From positions 14,785 through 78,784 of the forward strand of contig CAWJQD010000003.1 in NCBI GenBank assembly GCA_963844905.1: 64,000 nt of DNA. Reading direction: 5' to 3'. The DNA comes from an uncultured Acidobacteriaceae bacterium. Lineage in GTDB: Bacteria; Acidobacteriota; Terriglobia; Terriglobales; Acidobacteriaceae. Each line of letters starts with the position of its first letter. Position 1 is the first letter of the stretch. The notes under the pieces are model-generated. The model searched no databases and had not been told where the DNA came from. It saw nothing but the letters and a program-made list of their open reading frames with translations. A program made the translations under genes and the position numbers. Positions 52,150-61,652 of the stretch are shown one piece after another.

Positions 52150-54852
52150 ATGAATCGTAGAGAACTGTTGGGAATGCTTGCGCTAGTTCCTTTTTCACCA
52201 ATGCTAAGGATCACGGCCGAAGACAATCGCCGCTGGCATGTCTACGTGATTAATTTGTCTCATCTCGATGTTGGTTTCCATGACGTGCCGTCCGTCATCA
52301 AGGAAAGAATCGCCGGTTTTGTGGACGACGCAGTGCGGCTCTGCGACGCCACCAGGGACAACGCGCCCGAAAGCAGGTACATCTTCACCCTCGAAAGCAG
52401 TTGGCCCGTCGATTACTACGAGCAACACCGCACAGCAGACCAGTTTCAAAAACTGATCGATTGCTTCCGTCGTGGTCAGATGGAGTTCGGCGCCATCTAC
52501 CTTCCTATCCATACCGATCTGTGCGGGCATGAGGAGCTGGCCAGGTTAACTTATTACGCGGCCGGCGTCCGCCGCCGTTTCGATGTTCCCGTGCGCATGG
52601 CCATCATCGACGATGTGGGAGAAAGCTACTGCATGGGTTTGGCGCAGGTTCTGGCGCGCAGCGGGGTGAAGTGGTTTTGCACGGGGCCGGGGGCCAAGGC
52701 GAATGTCAAGGGCATTATCAACAAGGCGCCGCGGATCTTTTATTGGGATTCGCCGGACGGGAGCCGGGTGCTTTCGGCCTGGACGCCGGGGATATGGACT
52801 TATGCCCGTTGGAGCGCGGCGGGATTCAAGGGCAATTCCACACTGCAAGAGTTCGAGAAGCTCCCGGACTATCCCTACGACATCATGTTTCGCCATGGCG
52901 GGAAGGGAGATATCTCCAGTCCCGATCCGAAGATGCTGGAGCTGATCGACAGCTATCGGAAAGAGTGCCCCGAGGCGGATATAAAGCTTTCGACCGCGCA
53001 GGAGTTCTTTGCCGCGGTGGAGGCGAAGTACGCTGCCGACATTCCAACCTGGCGTGGCGATGTGGCGGACGCATGGGGAGATGGGGTGATCTCGTTGGCG
53101 CGCGAAACGGCGTTGCATCGCCGTACCCACTCGAAGCTGATGGCTGCAGAGATATTGGCGGCGCTAGGCGGTATCGAGGCGCGAGAGGATGTAGCCAACG
53201 CCTACCGCAATCTCCATCTCTATTCCGACCACACCTGGGGCCTCGATTTCAACACTGACAACCGGCCCGGCAAGATCACCTATTTCACCCGCATGGTAAC
53301 CAACGACAAGTCGATCCGCGTTGACGTTCCTCCTGGGGAGACGCTGGGGCCCGGATCGCCGTTGATGAAGCCCTATGAAATATCGTGGGACGCCAAGCGC
53401 CAGTACGCGATCGATGCCGGACAGATCGCCGATCGCGTGATGAACAGCGCGCTCAACCGGGTGAGCCCGCGCGCCGCAGCCTCCGGCCTGGTAGTCTGGA
53501 ACACGATGAGTTGGCCGCGCACCTCGGCGGTTCGTTTTGAGGCGCCGGCTTCCACTCCCCCCTTCAAGGCGCTGCGCGAACGGCGCTCGGGCGCGGTCAT
53601 ACCCGTGCAGCAGGACGGCTCCTCGTGGGTGTTCATTGCCTCTGATGTTCCGGCATTCGGCTTTTGCGCCTACGAACCGGTCGAAGGCTCGCCGAAGCAG
53701 GCGGAGAATTCCAAGTCCGACGCCATCGAGAACCGTTATTACTCGGTTTCCGTCGAGCTGGAGACGGCGTTGGTTCGATCGGTGATCGATCTGGAACGGA
53801 AATCGGAGTTGGTCGATCCGGGCGCTTATGGCATGGGCCAGTATATTCACGACAACGTGAACGAGTCGTACATAGGTTTTGGCATTCAGGCAGGAAACTC
53901 GGGATATGCCTACGGAGCGGGAGAGCGGCTTGTACCGGCTGCGGTTGGCGATCCCGTCGTTGAGGTCGGCCCCGTATTCTCCTCCATTACGATGAAGGCG
54001 CGGCTGGACGACGGTCCGGCGCCGGCAACTATCGGCCGGCGTGTGATTCTCTACCGCGACCTGAATCGCATCGACATGAATATCCGCGTCGAGAAACGTG
54101 CCGCCATGGAGAAGGAGCAAATCTACATTGGGTTTCCTTTTGATGTGGGCCCCGAAGTACGCTTCCGTCTCGAGTTGGCATACATGACCATGGATTGGCC
54201 GCGTGACTCGATGCCAGGCACGTGGCGCGGCTACAATGGCATGCGAAATTACGTGCGCGCGGATGGCAGGGCGAGGGGCGTGACTTGGACTTCGGTCGAC
54301 GCACCAATTGCTTGCTTTGGCGGGATCAACAGCAACCACTGGGATCCGAAGTGGCACGACAGCTTTGTGCCCAGGAATGCAAACATTTACTCGTATGTGA
54401 TGAGCAATATCTGGAATGTCAACTACCCGCTCTGGCAGGGTGGAGAGATGCAATTCGACTATTCGTTCATGAGTCACGATTCAGCTCTTCCACTTTCCGA
54501 GTCGGCGCATTTCGGTTGGGACACCGTCTCGCCGCTGATCGCTCACTGGGTAAGCAACAGTTCCGAAAAGCAGCTCTCGGCACCTGTTCGCTTTGAAATC
54601 GAACCGCAGAACGCGATGATCGCCGTGGTGAAAAGACCGGAAGCCGGCGACGGGATCGTGCTGCGCGTTTGGGAATGTGGCGGGCAAACAAACACGCTAG
54701 CCCGTATTCAGGTTGCCGGCCGTCGCACCGCGAATGTGCGCCGCCTCAACCTCGTGGAAGAAGACATCGGACCGGCAATTCTGCGGAACGGAGCGATCGA
54801 ATTGGAACTCCGTCCGCATGAACTTGCCACTCTACGAATTGAATTCGTGTGA
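52150..54852 (+). CDS. Tat-exported glycoside hydrolase family 38 (alpha-mannosidase-like) protein
   Basis: MNRRELLG Tat-like motif; SHLDVGF (HxD metal site), IDDVG nucleophile region, YSDHTWG, VWNTMSWPR and a GH38 C-terminal pattern. Confidence 0.82.
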   Translation: MNRRELLGMLALVPFSPMLRITAEDNRRWHVYVINLSHLDVGFHDVPSVIKERIAGFVDDAVRLCDATRDNAPESRYIFTLESSWPVDYYEQHRTADQFQKLIDCFRRGQMEFGAIYLPIHTDLCGHEELARLTYYAAGVRRRFDVPVRMAIIDDVGESYCMGLAQVLARSGVKWFCTGPGAKANVKGIINKAPRIFYWDSPDGSRVLSAWTPGIWTYARWSAAGFKGNSTLQEFEKLPDYPYDIMFRHGGKGDISSPDPKMLELIDSYRKECPEADIKLSTAQEFFAAVEAKYAADIPTWRGDVADAWGDGVISLARETALHRRTHSKLMAAEILAALGGIEAREDVANAYRNLHLYSDHTWGLDFNTDNRPGKITYFTRMVTNDKSIRVDVPPGETLGPGSPLMKPYEISWDAKRQYAIDAGQIADRVMNSALNRVSPRAAASGLVVWNTMSWPRTSAVRFEAPASTPPFKALRERRSGAVIPVQQDGSSWVFIASDVPAFGFCAYEPVEGSPKQAENSKSDAIENRYYSVSVELETALVRSVIDLERKSELVDPGAYGMGQYIHDNVNESYIGFGIQAGNSGYAYGAGERLVPAAVGDPVVEVGPVFSSITMKARLDDGPAPATIGRRVILYRDLNRIDMNIRVEKRAAMEKEQIYIGFPFDVGPEVRFRLELAYMTMDWPRDSMPGTWRGYNGMRNYVRADGRARGVTWTSVDAPIACFGGINSNHWDPKWHDSFVPRNANIYSYVMSNIWNVNYPLWQGGEMQFDYSFMSHDSALPLSESAHFGWDTVSPLIAHWVSNSSEKQLSAPVRFEIEPQNAMIAVVKRPEAGDGIVLRVWECGGQTNTLARIQVAGRRTANVRRLNLVEEDIGPAILRNGAIELELRPHELATLRIEFV

Positions 54853-55213
54853 ACGGCGCGTCTGGTTGGTCTTAGTGGCCGCTCTGAGGCCGGTAACACC
54901 TTCGGAATGGCTGTAATGTAGTCTTGATCCCAACGTGCTTAAGCGACCGAACCTTAGGAAGTTGAGTCGCATGGAGACGATCGCAGTAAGCGAGATTGCG
55001 GGAACGAACATCAGGCTGTTGTGGATCTTGTTCGCGTCCTACTTTACCTTTGGCATCGTGCTGAATGTAGTCTCAATTGGGATGTCTGTCATTTCCGAGG
55101 CCTACTGCCTAAGCGCGCCTACGCCTTGCTGTGCGATTGGTGAAGGGAATCGAGTTGTTCTTCAGAATAGGCTTTTCGAACCTTTTCGAGGCCCCGACGT
55201 AGTTCTGGGTGAA

Positions 55214-55269
55214 TTACCGGCTAACTGGAAGCAACGTAAGCCGGATCACGTTGGGGACGGATAGGCGAC
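55214..55269 (+). repeat. Direct repeat copy B
   Basis: 48/56 ungapped identity to 40444-40499. Confidence 0.85.
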
Positions 55270-55284
55270 CAACCGGACGGAGCG

Positions 55285-56882
55285 TCAATGATACTGTTCG
55301 TCCACTCGAAACGGGAGGTGCAACACATCATCCGCCGACGTATAGGTGGAAATAATGGGATCGGTCGATCCGCGCAGCATCTCACGGATTTCGGGCGCAT
55401 CTGCGCCCGGAGCCGCCAAAGGCATAAGCGTCCCCTTTTTTGCCCGCGCGGTCAGGGAATTCTTTGTCTGGTCATTCATCTTTCTGCTGGCATTGATCAG
55501 TTTTTTGAAAAGATGAAGCCACGCGACGGGATTGTCCTTCTGCATGCCGTTGAGAGTCAGATAATCCAACTCTGCGTACACCGCTTTCTCCAATTCGGAT
55601 CCGGGCGGGAGCAATTGAACCAATACAGTCAGCAATGCTCCCTTTGCCTCAAAATCGCAGACAGGGCACTCGTCGGCGGCGGGTTGGAGGGAGACGGCAT
55701 ACCGAATCACGTCGTCCACGTCTGAAAACTCTGGGACAATTGTGCTCGGCTGGCCGTTGCGGTACGCCTCCGTAGACCCTGCCGCCTGAGCCGTCGCGAT
55801 TCGGTACAGCTTCGTCATCAAGGGTGCATCGTAGGGGACGGTTTGCCTGGGAGCCGAGGCTCCCTTCGATTGTGGTTCCAGTTGTGCAGCAGAGAGCGGC
55901 GCCAAATCGGGCGAACTTGCGAGTGAGCCGGGGACCAATGCATTAAAGCTCCGCGTGATTGCGGCCCGGTCGAGAGAGCGGTCTGAACAGCTTTCAGCAG
56001 TCAGGCTTCGGACCAGGAAGCGGCGGTACGCCGCGAGCAGACGTCCTGGATAAACACCCGCTTGTGCGAACTTTGAGGAAAGTAGGTCAATAGCGCGAGT
56101 TAAGTTTCCATCATCTTCAGCGGCTGTCATCTCGCGGTCAGAGGCCGTGATCCTACTCAGTGCGGAATCGAAGGCACCCTCGATCCGACCCAACTGATCA
56201 GGCGGGAGAGGAACGCTGGCAATCAGCTGTGCCAGCGGAGCGATCTCGGCCGGAATTCTCATATCGGCGACGAGGCTCGACAGATACGATTCTTTGTCCT
56301 CGCCGAAAACGGTCGTGATTCTTCGATCCTCAATGATCTTCGCGACGATGAGGTAGAACGGCGCAACGTTTTCTACATTGGCGTCGGTGCAGGATGCGCG
56401 ATCTTCCTTTAGCTTCATCTCCTCGAACAGTTGGCCCGCAAATTGTGGCGTGAGGGCAACGCGCGCTCAATTACTCGAGTTTGGATTTCCAAGGTGTCGA
56501 GTTTGGAATTGCTGAGCAGGCCTGCCACCAGATCGGATTGAATAATCTGGGCTGATGCTTGTGTCAGGCCGTAGGGGTAGTGGGATCTCACAGCACTGTG
56601 AAATATATCGTCAAGAAGGGATCGCCGTTGCGCAGGAGAAAGCGAGGCCGCCGGCGCGTCCAGGATGGTGAATCCCAGGTCTGCTTTGTACTCAGGCGGG
56701 AAGGAGGAGACGCGGTCCAGCAGAACGTCAAATTCCTTTTGCTCCGGTGTGGATTCGACCGTTGGGTCGGGAGCGGGTTGCTGCGCCGACCCTACCGTCG
56801 CGCAAATCAAGAAAAGTTGCAGCACAAGGATCGATTTAAGCATTTCTTTCTCCGGTCTTGTGAGTGGACCGTCCCGATTCAT
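55285..56882 (-). pseudogene. Secreted hypothetical protein split by a 1-nt frameshift (ORFs 56415-56882 and 55285-56418)
   Basis: Adding one C at ttg ccc tc acg (about 56456) joins ...ERALP to LTPQFAGQLFEEMKLKEDR...; signal peptide at the N-terminus. Confidence 0.6.
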
Positions 56883-57206
56883 GCGCGATGGTCCTCGGCA
56901 CCAACACGCTGCGAATCGATGCCGGAAAACGCATATTTTCGCAGAGACGCCACTCCGCGATCACACCAAATCTACACCTGCGTGGTGTAGTTGTCTGTGA
57001 TTAGGAATTCGCTTCGGGGGCGGAATTGGATCGGAGTATCTCGGGTTCCGAGTGATTACGACCAACCCATCAGTTACTGGTTCGATACCATCCCGGATCA
57101 CTTCCTGCGCGGCTAAAGCTTTCCATGCCGGCTTGCAGCCTTTGCCGGCGGCGCTCCAACTCCATGAAGATTGCAATTGCTCGCGAGTTGCGCTGACCGA
57201 GACTAG

Positions 57207-58337
57207 CTATCGCGGCTCCATATTGTAGAGGAAGTAGGCGCGGAGTTCGAGGTACGGGCCGTGGAATTCCCGAGGCAGGGCGGGATAGCTGGAGCCGGTG
57301 ATGGCGCCCCAGGCTGCGCGGTCCAGGCCGGTGTCGCCGGAGCGGCCGTCCAACTGCATGTCGATGACCTGGCCATTGGGGAGAACCTTGAAGCGGATGG
57401 CCACCACGCCGGATTTGAGGATGGGCGGGTTGACCTCGTCGGGGATCAAAGGATCCCAGGTCATCTGTGTGATGTAGTGCCAGCGCGCCAGCCAGGAGCT
57501 GAAGTCGACTCCCTGGGTGTCGGAGAGAATGTCGGGCGCGCCGGTGCCCGCGCCGGGGTGCATCGACAGCCCGCCTGAACCCCGGTCGCCATAGGTCTGC
57601 TGGCCGCGGTTGCGCATGGCGTTACGCATGTCCTGCTGCAACTGATCGGCGGGATTCTGCGAGCCCATGGCAAAGTTTGGTTTGGCCGGGACGGCTGCGG
57701 GACGCGGCGCCTCAACCTGCGACTGAGGATTGGGCGGAATGGGCTGCGCAGGCTCGGGTTTGGGCTGGACCGGAGCCGGGATCTGCTCTTGCTGCGAGGG
57801 CGGCGGAGGCGGCGCCTCGCGGTTCAGCTCGTCGAGAGTCTGTTTGTCGATGAGAGGCTTGTTGGGCAGGGGCTTGGGAGCAACCTTCGGCTTGAGCTCG
57901 CGCAAGGCGTCGGGTGGCAGATCGAGGTAGGCCAGATCCTTACGATGTTGGATGACGTCGAAGGGATCGACAACTTTGGGCACCTTGAAGAGGTAAGTCG
58001 GAATCCAGGTGATGGCGGAGAAAAAGAGTATGTGGATGAGGAGGGCGAGCCAGAATCCCTCCCGCAAGCGGGACCAACGCCGTTCGTCCTCGAGCTCACT
58101 GAGCATCTCCAGCAGCTCGTGGGTGTCGTAGTCGCCCCAGCGCGAACCGCGCACGATGGGGGAAAACAGCTCGCCCGGTTCCGAGTCGCGCGGTTTCAGG
58201 TCGCGCTCGGAGAAGGTGTCGAGCCCCAAAATCGAACCTGTGATAGGGGTTTCCTTTGCGGGGCTGTCCGATTGCGAGCTCGGCTCGGCTGGTCCCTTGG
58301 GCTCGTTCACTTCGGGTGGCGCTTCGCTGATGGGCAT
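57207..58337 (-). CDS. TonB family (energy transducer, TonB C-terminal domain) protein
   Basis: Single TM, Pro-rich linker, and VAIRFKVLPNGQV...SGDTGLDRAAWGAI...YP.LP. Confidence 0.85.
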   Translation of the reverse strand: MPISEAPPEVNEPKGPAEPSSQSDSPAKETPITGSILGLDTFSERDLKPRDSEPGELFSPIVRGSRWGDYDTHELLEMLSELEDERRWSRLREGFWLALLIHILFFSAITWIPTYLFKVPKVVDPFDVIQHRKDLAYLDLPPDALRELKPKVAPKPLPNKPLIDKQTLDELNREAPPPPPSQQEQIPAPVQPKPEPAQPIPPNPQSQVEAPRPAAVPAKPNFAMGSQNPADQLQQDMRNAMRNRGQQTYGDRGSGGLSMHPGAGTGAPDILSDTQGVDFSSWLARWHYITQMTWDPLIPDEVNPPILKSGVVAIRFKVLPNGQVIDMQLDGRSGDTGLDRAAWGAITGSSYPALPREFHGPYLELRAYFLYNMEPR

Positions 58338-58474
58338 TCGATTGCAGGGAGCCTCTCAAGACACGCGCGCGTCCCTGGCCGGCTCCGGATTCGAGTCCTT
58401 CCTGACTATTCTCTCACCCCTGACGATCATCTGCGCGATTCGGTAGTGGGTCAGTTTGCAAGGCCACTTCCCGC

Positions 58475-58536
58475 AGCGGCTAAAGCCCGCAGTGATTTGA
58501 GCCAGTTGATGTGCCCGCTTAAGCCCGTACCCTTCA
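58475..58536 (+). repeat. GGCTAAAGC-type palindromic repeat (family C)
   Basis: gcggctaaagcc...aagcccgtacccttca; the last 16 nt are identical to 61551-61566. Confidence 0.65.
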
Positions 58537-58607
58537 GAAACAGAAACTACGGCAAAACCAGAGTTGCTGTTTCCTGTTTGGCTGTCTTAAAGGTCGCCGC
58601 TCCCTGT

Positions 58608-58650
58608 TGCTCCCACCCCAACGACGAAAATCTGTCGTTGGGGACCCCGG
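58608..58650 (-). repeat. REP-like palindrome, family A
   Basis: ccccaacgac-gaaaatct-gtcgttgggg forms a 10-bp stem with family-A flanks. Confidence 0.65.
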
Positions 58651-58790
58651 GTTGGTTGCGTCGACTTGAGTGCTGTGGCTCCGAAATAAACCTACTCTGG
58701 TTTTGCGATAGCCGGCTCACCAGCCGAATACACGCCCCGTACAATGGATTCTATTGAATTGACGCAGAAAGCGCCGGAAGGGGACTGTGT

Positions 58791-59411
58791 TTGAAGCAGT
58801 TTTTTGCGCACATCGCGGCGGAATGGAAGCTGGTGATTGTGCCGGTGCTGATGAAGTTGGGGATTTGGGGGGTGGGTGCCATCGCGGTGCTGGACTCTTC
58901 GAGCATCCCGGTACCTATCGACGCGGTAATTGCCCTTTATGTGTGGAATGACAAGGGCCATTTTTGGCTTTATGTCCTGATGGCGGCAGCGGGCTCTGCG
59001 ATCGGAGGCCTGCTGCCTTACTGGCTGGGCCGCGCCGGGGGCGAACTGTTCCTGCTGAAGCGCGTGGACAGGGCGAAGTTCGACCGGATGCGCGACCGCT
59101 TTCGGCGCCAGGAGTTCCTCGCCGTCATGATTCCTTCGATGATGCCGCCCCCGGCGCCGTGGAAGATCTTTGTTCTTGCCGCCGGCGTGTTTGAGATGCG
59201 CGTCGCGTCGTTTCTTCTCGCCGTTACGTTGGGAAGGTCGGTGCGCTGGTTTGTGCTGGCTCTGCTGGTGCTCAAGCTGGGGCCGGGCGCAGTGGACCTG
59301 GTGGCGCACCACGCGCTCGCCACGGTTTTGATCGTGGGTGCGCTGGCGGTTCTGGGATTTGTAGGGTGGTGGCAGCGGAAGAAGCGATCGGGCAAGCTGC
59401 TGCAGGATTGA
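58791..59411 (+). CDS. DedA/VTT domain membrane protein
   Basis: LDSSSIPVPIDA, AAGSAIGG..PYWLGR, MPPPAPWKIFVLAAG and GRSVRW. Confidence 0.85.
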   Translation: MKQFFAHIAAEWKLVIVPVLMKLGIWGVGAIAVLDSSSIPVPIDAVIALYVWNDKGHFWLYVLMAAAGSAIGGLLPYWLGRAGGELFLLKRVDRAKFDRMRDRFRRQEFLAVMIPSMMPPPAPWKIFVLAAGVFEMRVASFLLAVTLGRSVRWFVLALLVLKLGPGAVDLVAHHALATVLIVGALAVLGFVGWWQRKKRSGKLLQD

Positions 59412-59480
59412 CGCGCCTTCGGCAGCGAATCAATTCAATCGGGTGCTTCCGTGCGCCCTGGAACTCGATTCCACGATCCG

Positions 59481-60035
59481 TCAGAGTGAGTTCTTCACTT
59501 CCCCGGCCAGTGCCTCCTGCGCGCGACCCGGGTTCATTCGTCGCACCAGCGCAGGCACGCCAAGCGCCAGAGCGAGAACGATGGAAGTTGCGGCGAGATC
59601 GTTGCGGTAAAAGGGCACGCCGGCCAAGTAGCAAGTCCCGAGCCCGGCGAGGGTGTGCGGATAGCCGTTGAAGCCGCTAGCCCAGACGCCGAAGTTGGAA
59701 ACGAGGAAGAACGAAGTGGGTCCCAGGAGCGCGCCTGCGGCTCCGCGGGCGAAAGTAACCCGCTTGCGAAGCAGGATCGAGCCCAGCGCCATCGCCGCCA
59801 CAAGCCCGATCCAGTTGAACGCGTAGTCCTGCCAACGGAAGCTGTAGTGGTAGACGAAGTTCGTGAGGTAGTAGTCGGTGGCGATGAGAGCGGCGAAGGG
59901 AACGAACATTTCGCGCCAGGGACGCCGCGCGCCGAAGTAGAGAAGGCCGCCGGTCACAGCGGTAAAGTTCCACCACCCCGCGTGGGGCAGGACACGGGAC
60001 AAGACAGCAACCAACAAGATTAGATAAGCGATCAT
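59481..60035 (-). CDS. DUF6580 family putative transporter component
   Basis: ATG 60035 with GAGGT RBS; SRVLPH..NFTAV..LYFGA, FFLVSNFGVW, YP.T.AGL..CY.AG.PF.RN. Confidence 0.8.
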   Translation of the reverse strand: MIAYLILLVAVLSRVLPHAGWWNFTAVTGGLLYFGARRPWREMFVPFAALIATDYYLTNFVYHYSFRWQDYAFNWIGLVAAMALGSILLRKRVTFARGAAGALLGPTSFFLVSNFGVWASGFNGYPHTLAGLGTCYLAGVPFYRNDLAATSIVLALALGVPALVRRMNPGRAQEALAGEVKNSL

Positions 60036-60206
60036 GACCACCTCATGGTTATGGGTTACGAGAAATCGCGATCCGAGCCAAAGATTTCGCGAGTCGAGCC
60101 TTTGATCCGGCAAGCCGGGGCTTATTTCATTCTGCGGTCCAGGAGCCGCGCGGTCAACCCAAACCGTTCCACGAGACGAACAAAATTTTCTGCTGGAACA
60201 AATCAT

Positions 60207-61406
60207 CTACCGCTGCTCGCGGTCATCCATTGCCTCGCCGGCCTCGTCACGGCCGTCAACGATGTAGACCCAGCCAGTGAGCGGTGCGCGAGCCGTGGCG
60301 CTGCGGGTTCCGATGAAGGGATAGTCGAAGCGGAGGTCGGTGAACTCGACGGTTGTCCAGGAGCGATTGGGCGGGAAATCGGGAGGGTTCAAGCCGGGGA
60401 TTGGGCCTGGAATCGGTTCGGGGCCGAGGTCGCGCACCACGGCCCAGGTCCCCCAATCGAGATAGACCTGGCCCAGCAGCGTACGCTTGGCGGCTTCGAC
60501 GGCGGGTGTATCGGCAGGCTTGTAGAGCACGTCGCGTAGCGGGTCGCTGTTGATGGAGCCGGTTCGCGTATCGATCTCCGCGGTCTGGTAGAAATCGGCA
60601 GTTTCCAGGATGGCGTGCCAGCGGAAGGGATTGACTGGGTATGGCTCGGCGGCCATGCGCAGCACCGGCTCGGAGGCGATGTTGGTGTTGTCGAGCAGGG
60701 CCAGAGCCCGGGCGTGCTCGGCCCAGCGCCAGCAACCCAGGACGAACATTCCGGCGAGGGCGAAGATGGCCCAGCCGCGCCCGCGGAACGGCTTTCGGCG
60801 CGCGCCGATCTCGCGGTCGGACAGGCCGAGCACCCACGGCATGAAGAAGGCCAGGAAAAAGAGGGCCCAGAGCACCGGCTCTGCAATGAACATGAAGCTG
60901 CCTGCATACCAGCGGGGATTGAAGGGAAAGAACGGACGGAGGCCGTAGTTGTTGCTCCAGTCGAGCGGCAGGTGAGTGAGCGCGGCGACGAAGGCCGTTG
61001 CGTAGAGCCAGCCCCAGTGGATGGGTTGGCGTAATGGAGGCCGAATGTCCGGGACAGTGCCGGTTCGAGATTGGAATTCCGAGATTTGCGCCATCCCACC
61101 CTTTTCACGATGAAGCCGTGAAAAGGATGGGGCGCCCCCGGTACCCCCGGTCCGTGCTCCGCGCAAGCGATGGAATAGCCACACCGCGCCGACGACGACC
61201 GCGGCCACCACTGGGACGGCCCAGAACGTATGCGTGATGCCGCGATGGTGTTTGAGCTCTTCCACCGGCCCGGCGAATCCCCAAAAAACATCCAGATCGG
61301 CGGCCTCGGCGGCCAGCACAGCGGCCAGGGTGGCGTAAGCCGTCTTGCGGTTGAATCCGGCGCGGCCCAGGCAGGCTCCGGTGAGGAAATGAGTGACGGG
61401 TTCCAT
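60207..61406 (-). CDS. YdjM-like membrane-bound metal-dependent hydrolase
   Basis: MEPVTH, ADLD, HHRGITH, THLPLD.SN.YG and PFFPF. Confidence 0.85.
   Translation of the reverse strand: MEPVTHFLTGACLGRAGFNRKTAYATLAAVLAAEAADLDVFWGFAGPVEELKHHRGITHTFWAVPVVAAVVVGAVWLFHRLRGARTGGTGGAPSFSRLHREKGGMAQISEFQSRTGTVPDIRPPLRQPIHWGWLYATAFVAALTHLPLDWSNNYGLRPFFPFNPRWYAGSFMFIAEPVLWALFFLAFFMPWVLGLSDREIGARRKPFRGRGWAIFALAGMFVLGCWRWAEHARALALLDNTNIASEPVLRMAAEPYPVNPFRWHAILETADFYQTAEIDTRTGSINSDPLRDVLYKPADTPAVEAAKRTLLGQVYLDWGTWAVVRDLGPEPIPGPIPGLNPPDFPPNRSWTTVEFTDLRFDYPFIGTRSATARAPLTGWVYIVDGRDEAGEAMDDREQR
61092..61139 (-). repeat. REP-like palindrome, family A, inside the hydrolase CDS (in frame)
   Basis: Reverse complement gggggcgccccatccttttcacggcttcatcgtgaaaagggtgggatgg encodes GGAPSFSRLHREKGGM. 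Confidence 0.7.
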
Positions 61407-61504
61407 GAAGGCGGCGGTTCCTTCTCAAGAATGGCACATCGCCGTGCCGGCGGGGCGAGCGCTCTGACCGGGAGCGAGATAATTTGAGCACGACCGCCCC
61501 ATTA

Positions 61505-61566
61505 GGGGCTAAAGCTTCTGATGATTTCATGCCATTGGATGTTCGGGCAAAAGCCCGTACCCTTCA
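61505..61566 (+). repeat. GGCTAAAGC-type palindromic repeat (family C)
   Basis: ggggctaaagc...aagcccgtacccttca. Confidence 0.65.
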
Positions 61567-61652
61567 GGACTCGTTGGAAATGATCCGCTGGCAGGGCGGT
61601 TCGCCTACAATCGCAAATGGGTTGATAGGCCATTCGAGGGGCACACACCACA

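Noticed and set aside
40444-55269. Direct repeats A/B/C, or the glnS-region cargo, as integron attC cassettes
   Set aside because: TAAC...GTTRGG is present in copy B, but the spacing (about 38 nt) is too short, copy A lacks the AAC box, there is no L-box symmetry, and there is no intI.
57070-57110. GGTTCGA motif as a tRNA T-loop or island attachment site
   Set aside because: No cloverleaf can be folded around it.
60036-60206. Cobalamin riboswitch upstream of the DUF6580 gene
   Set aside because: No GGGAA/GCCACTG B12-box elements on the minus strand, and the gap is short.
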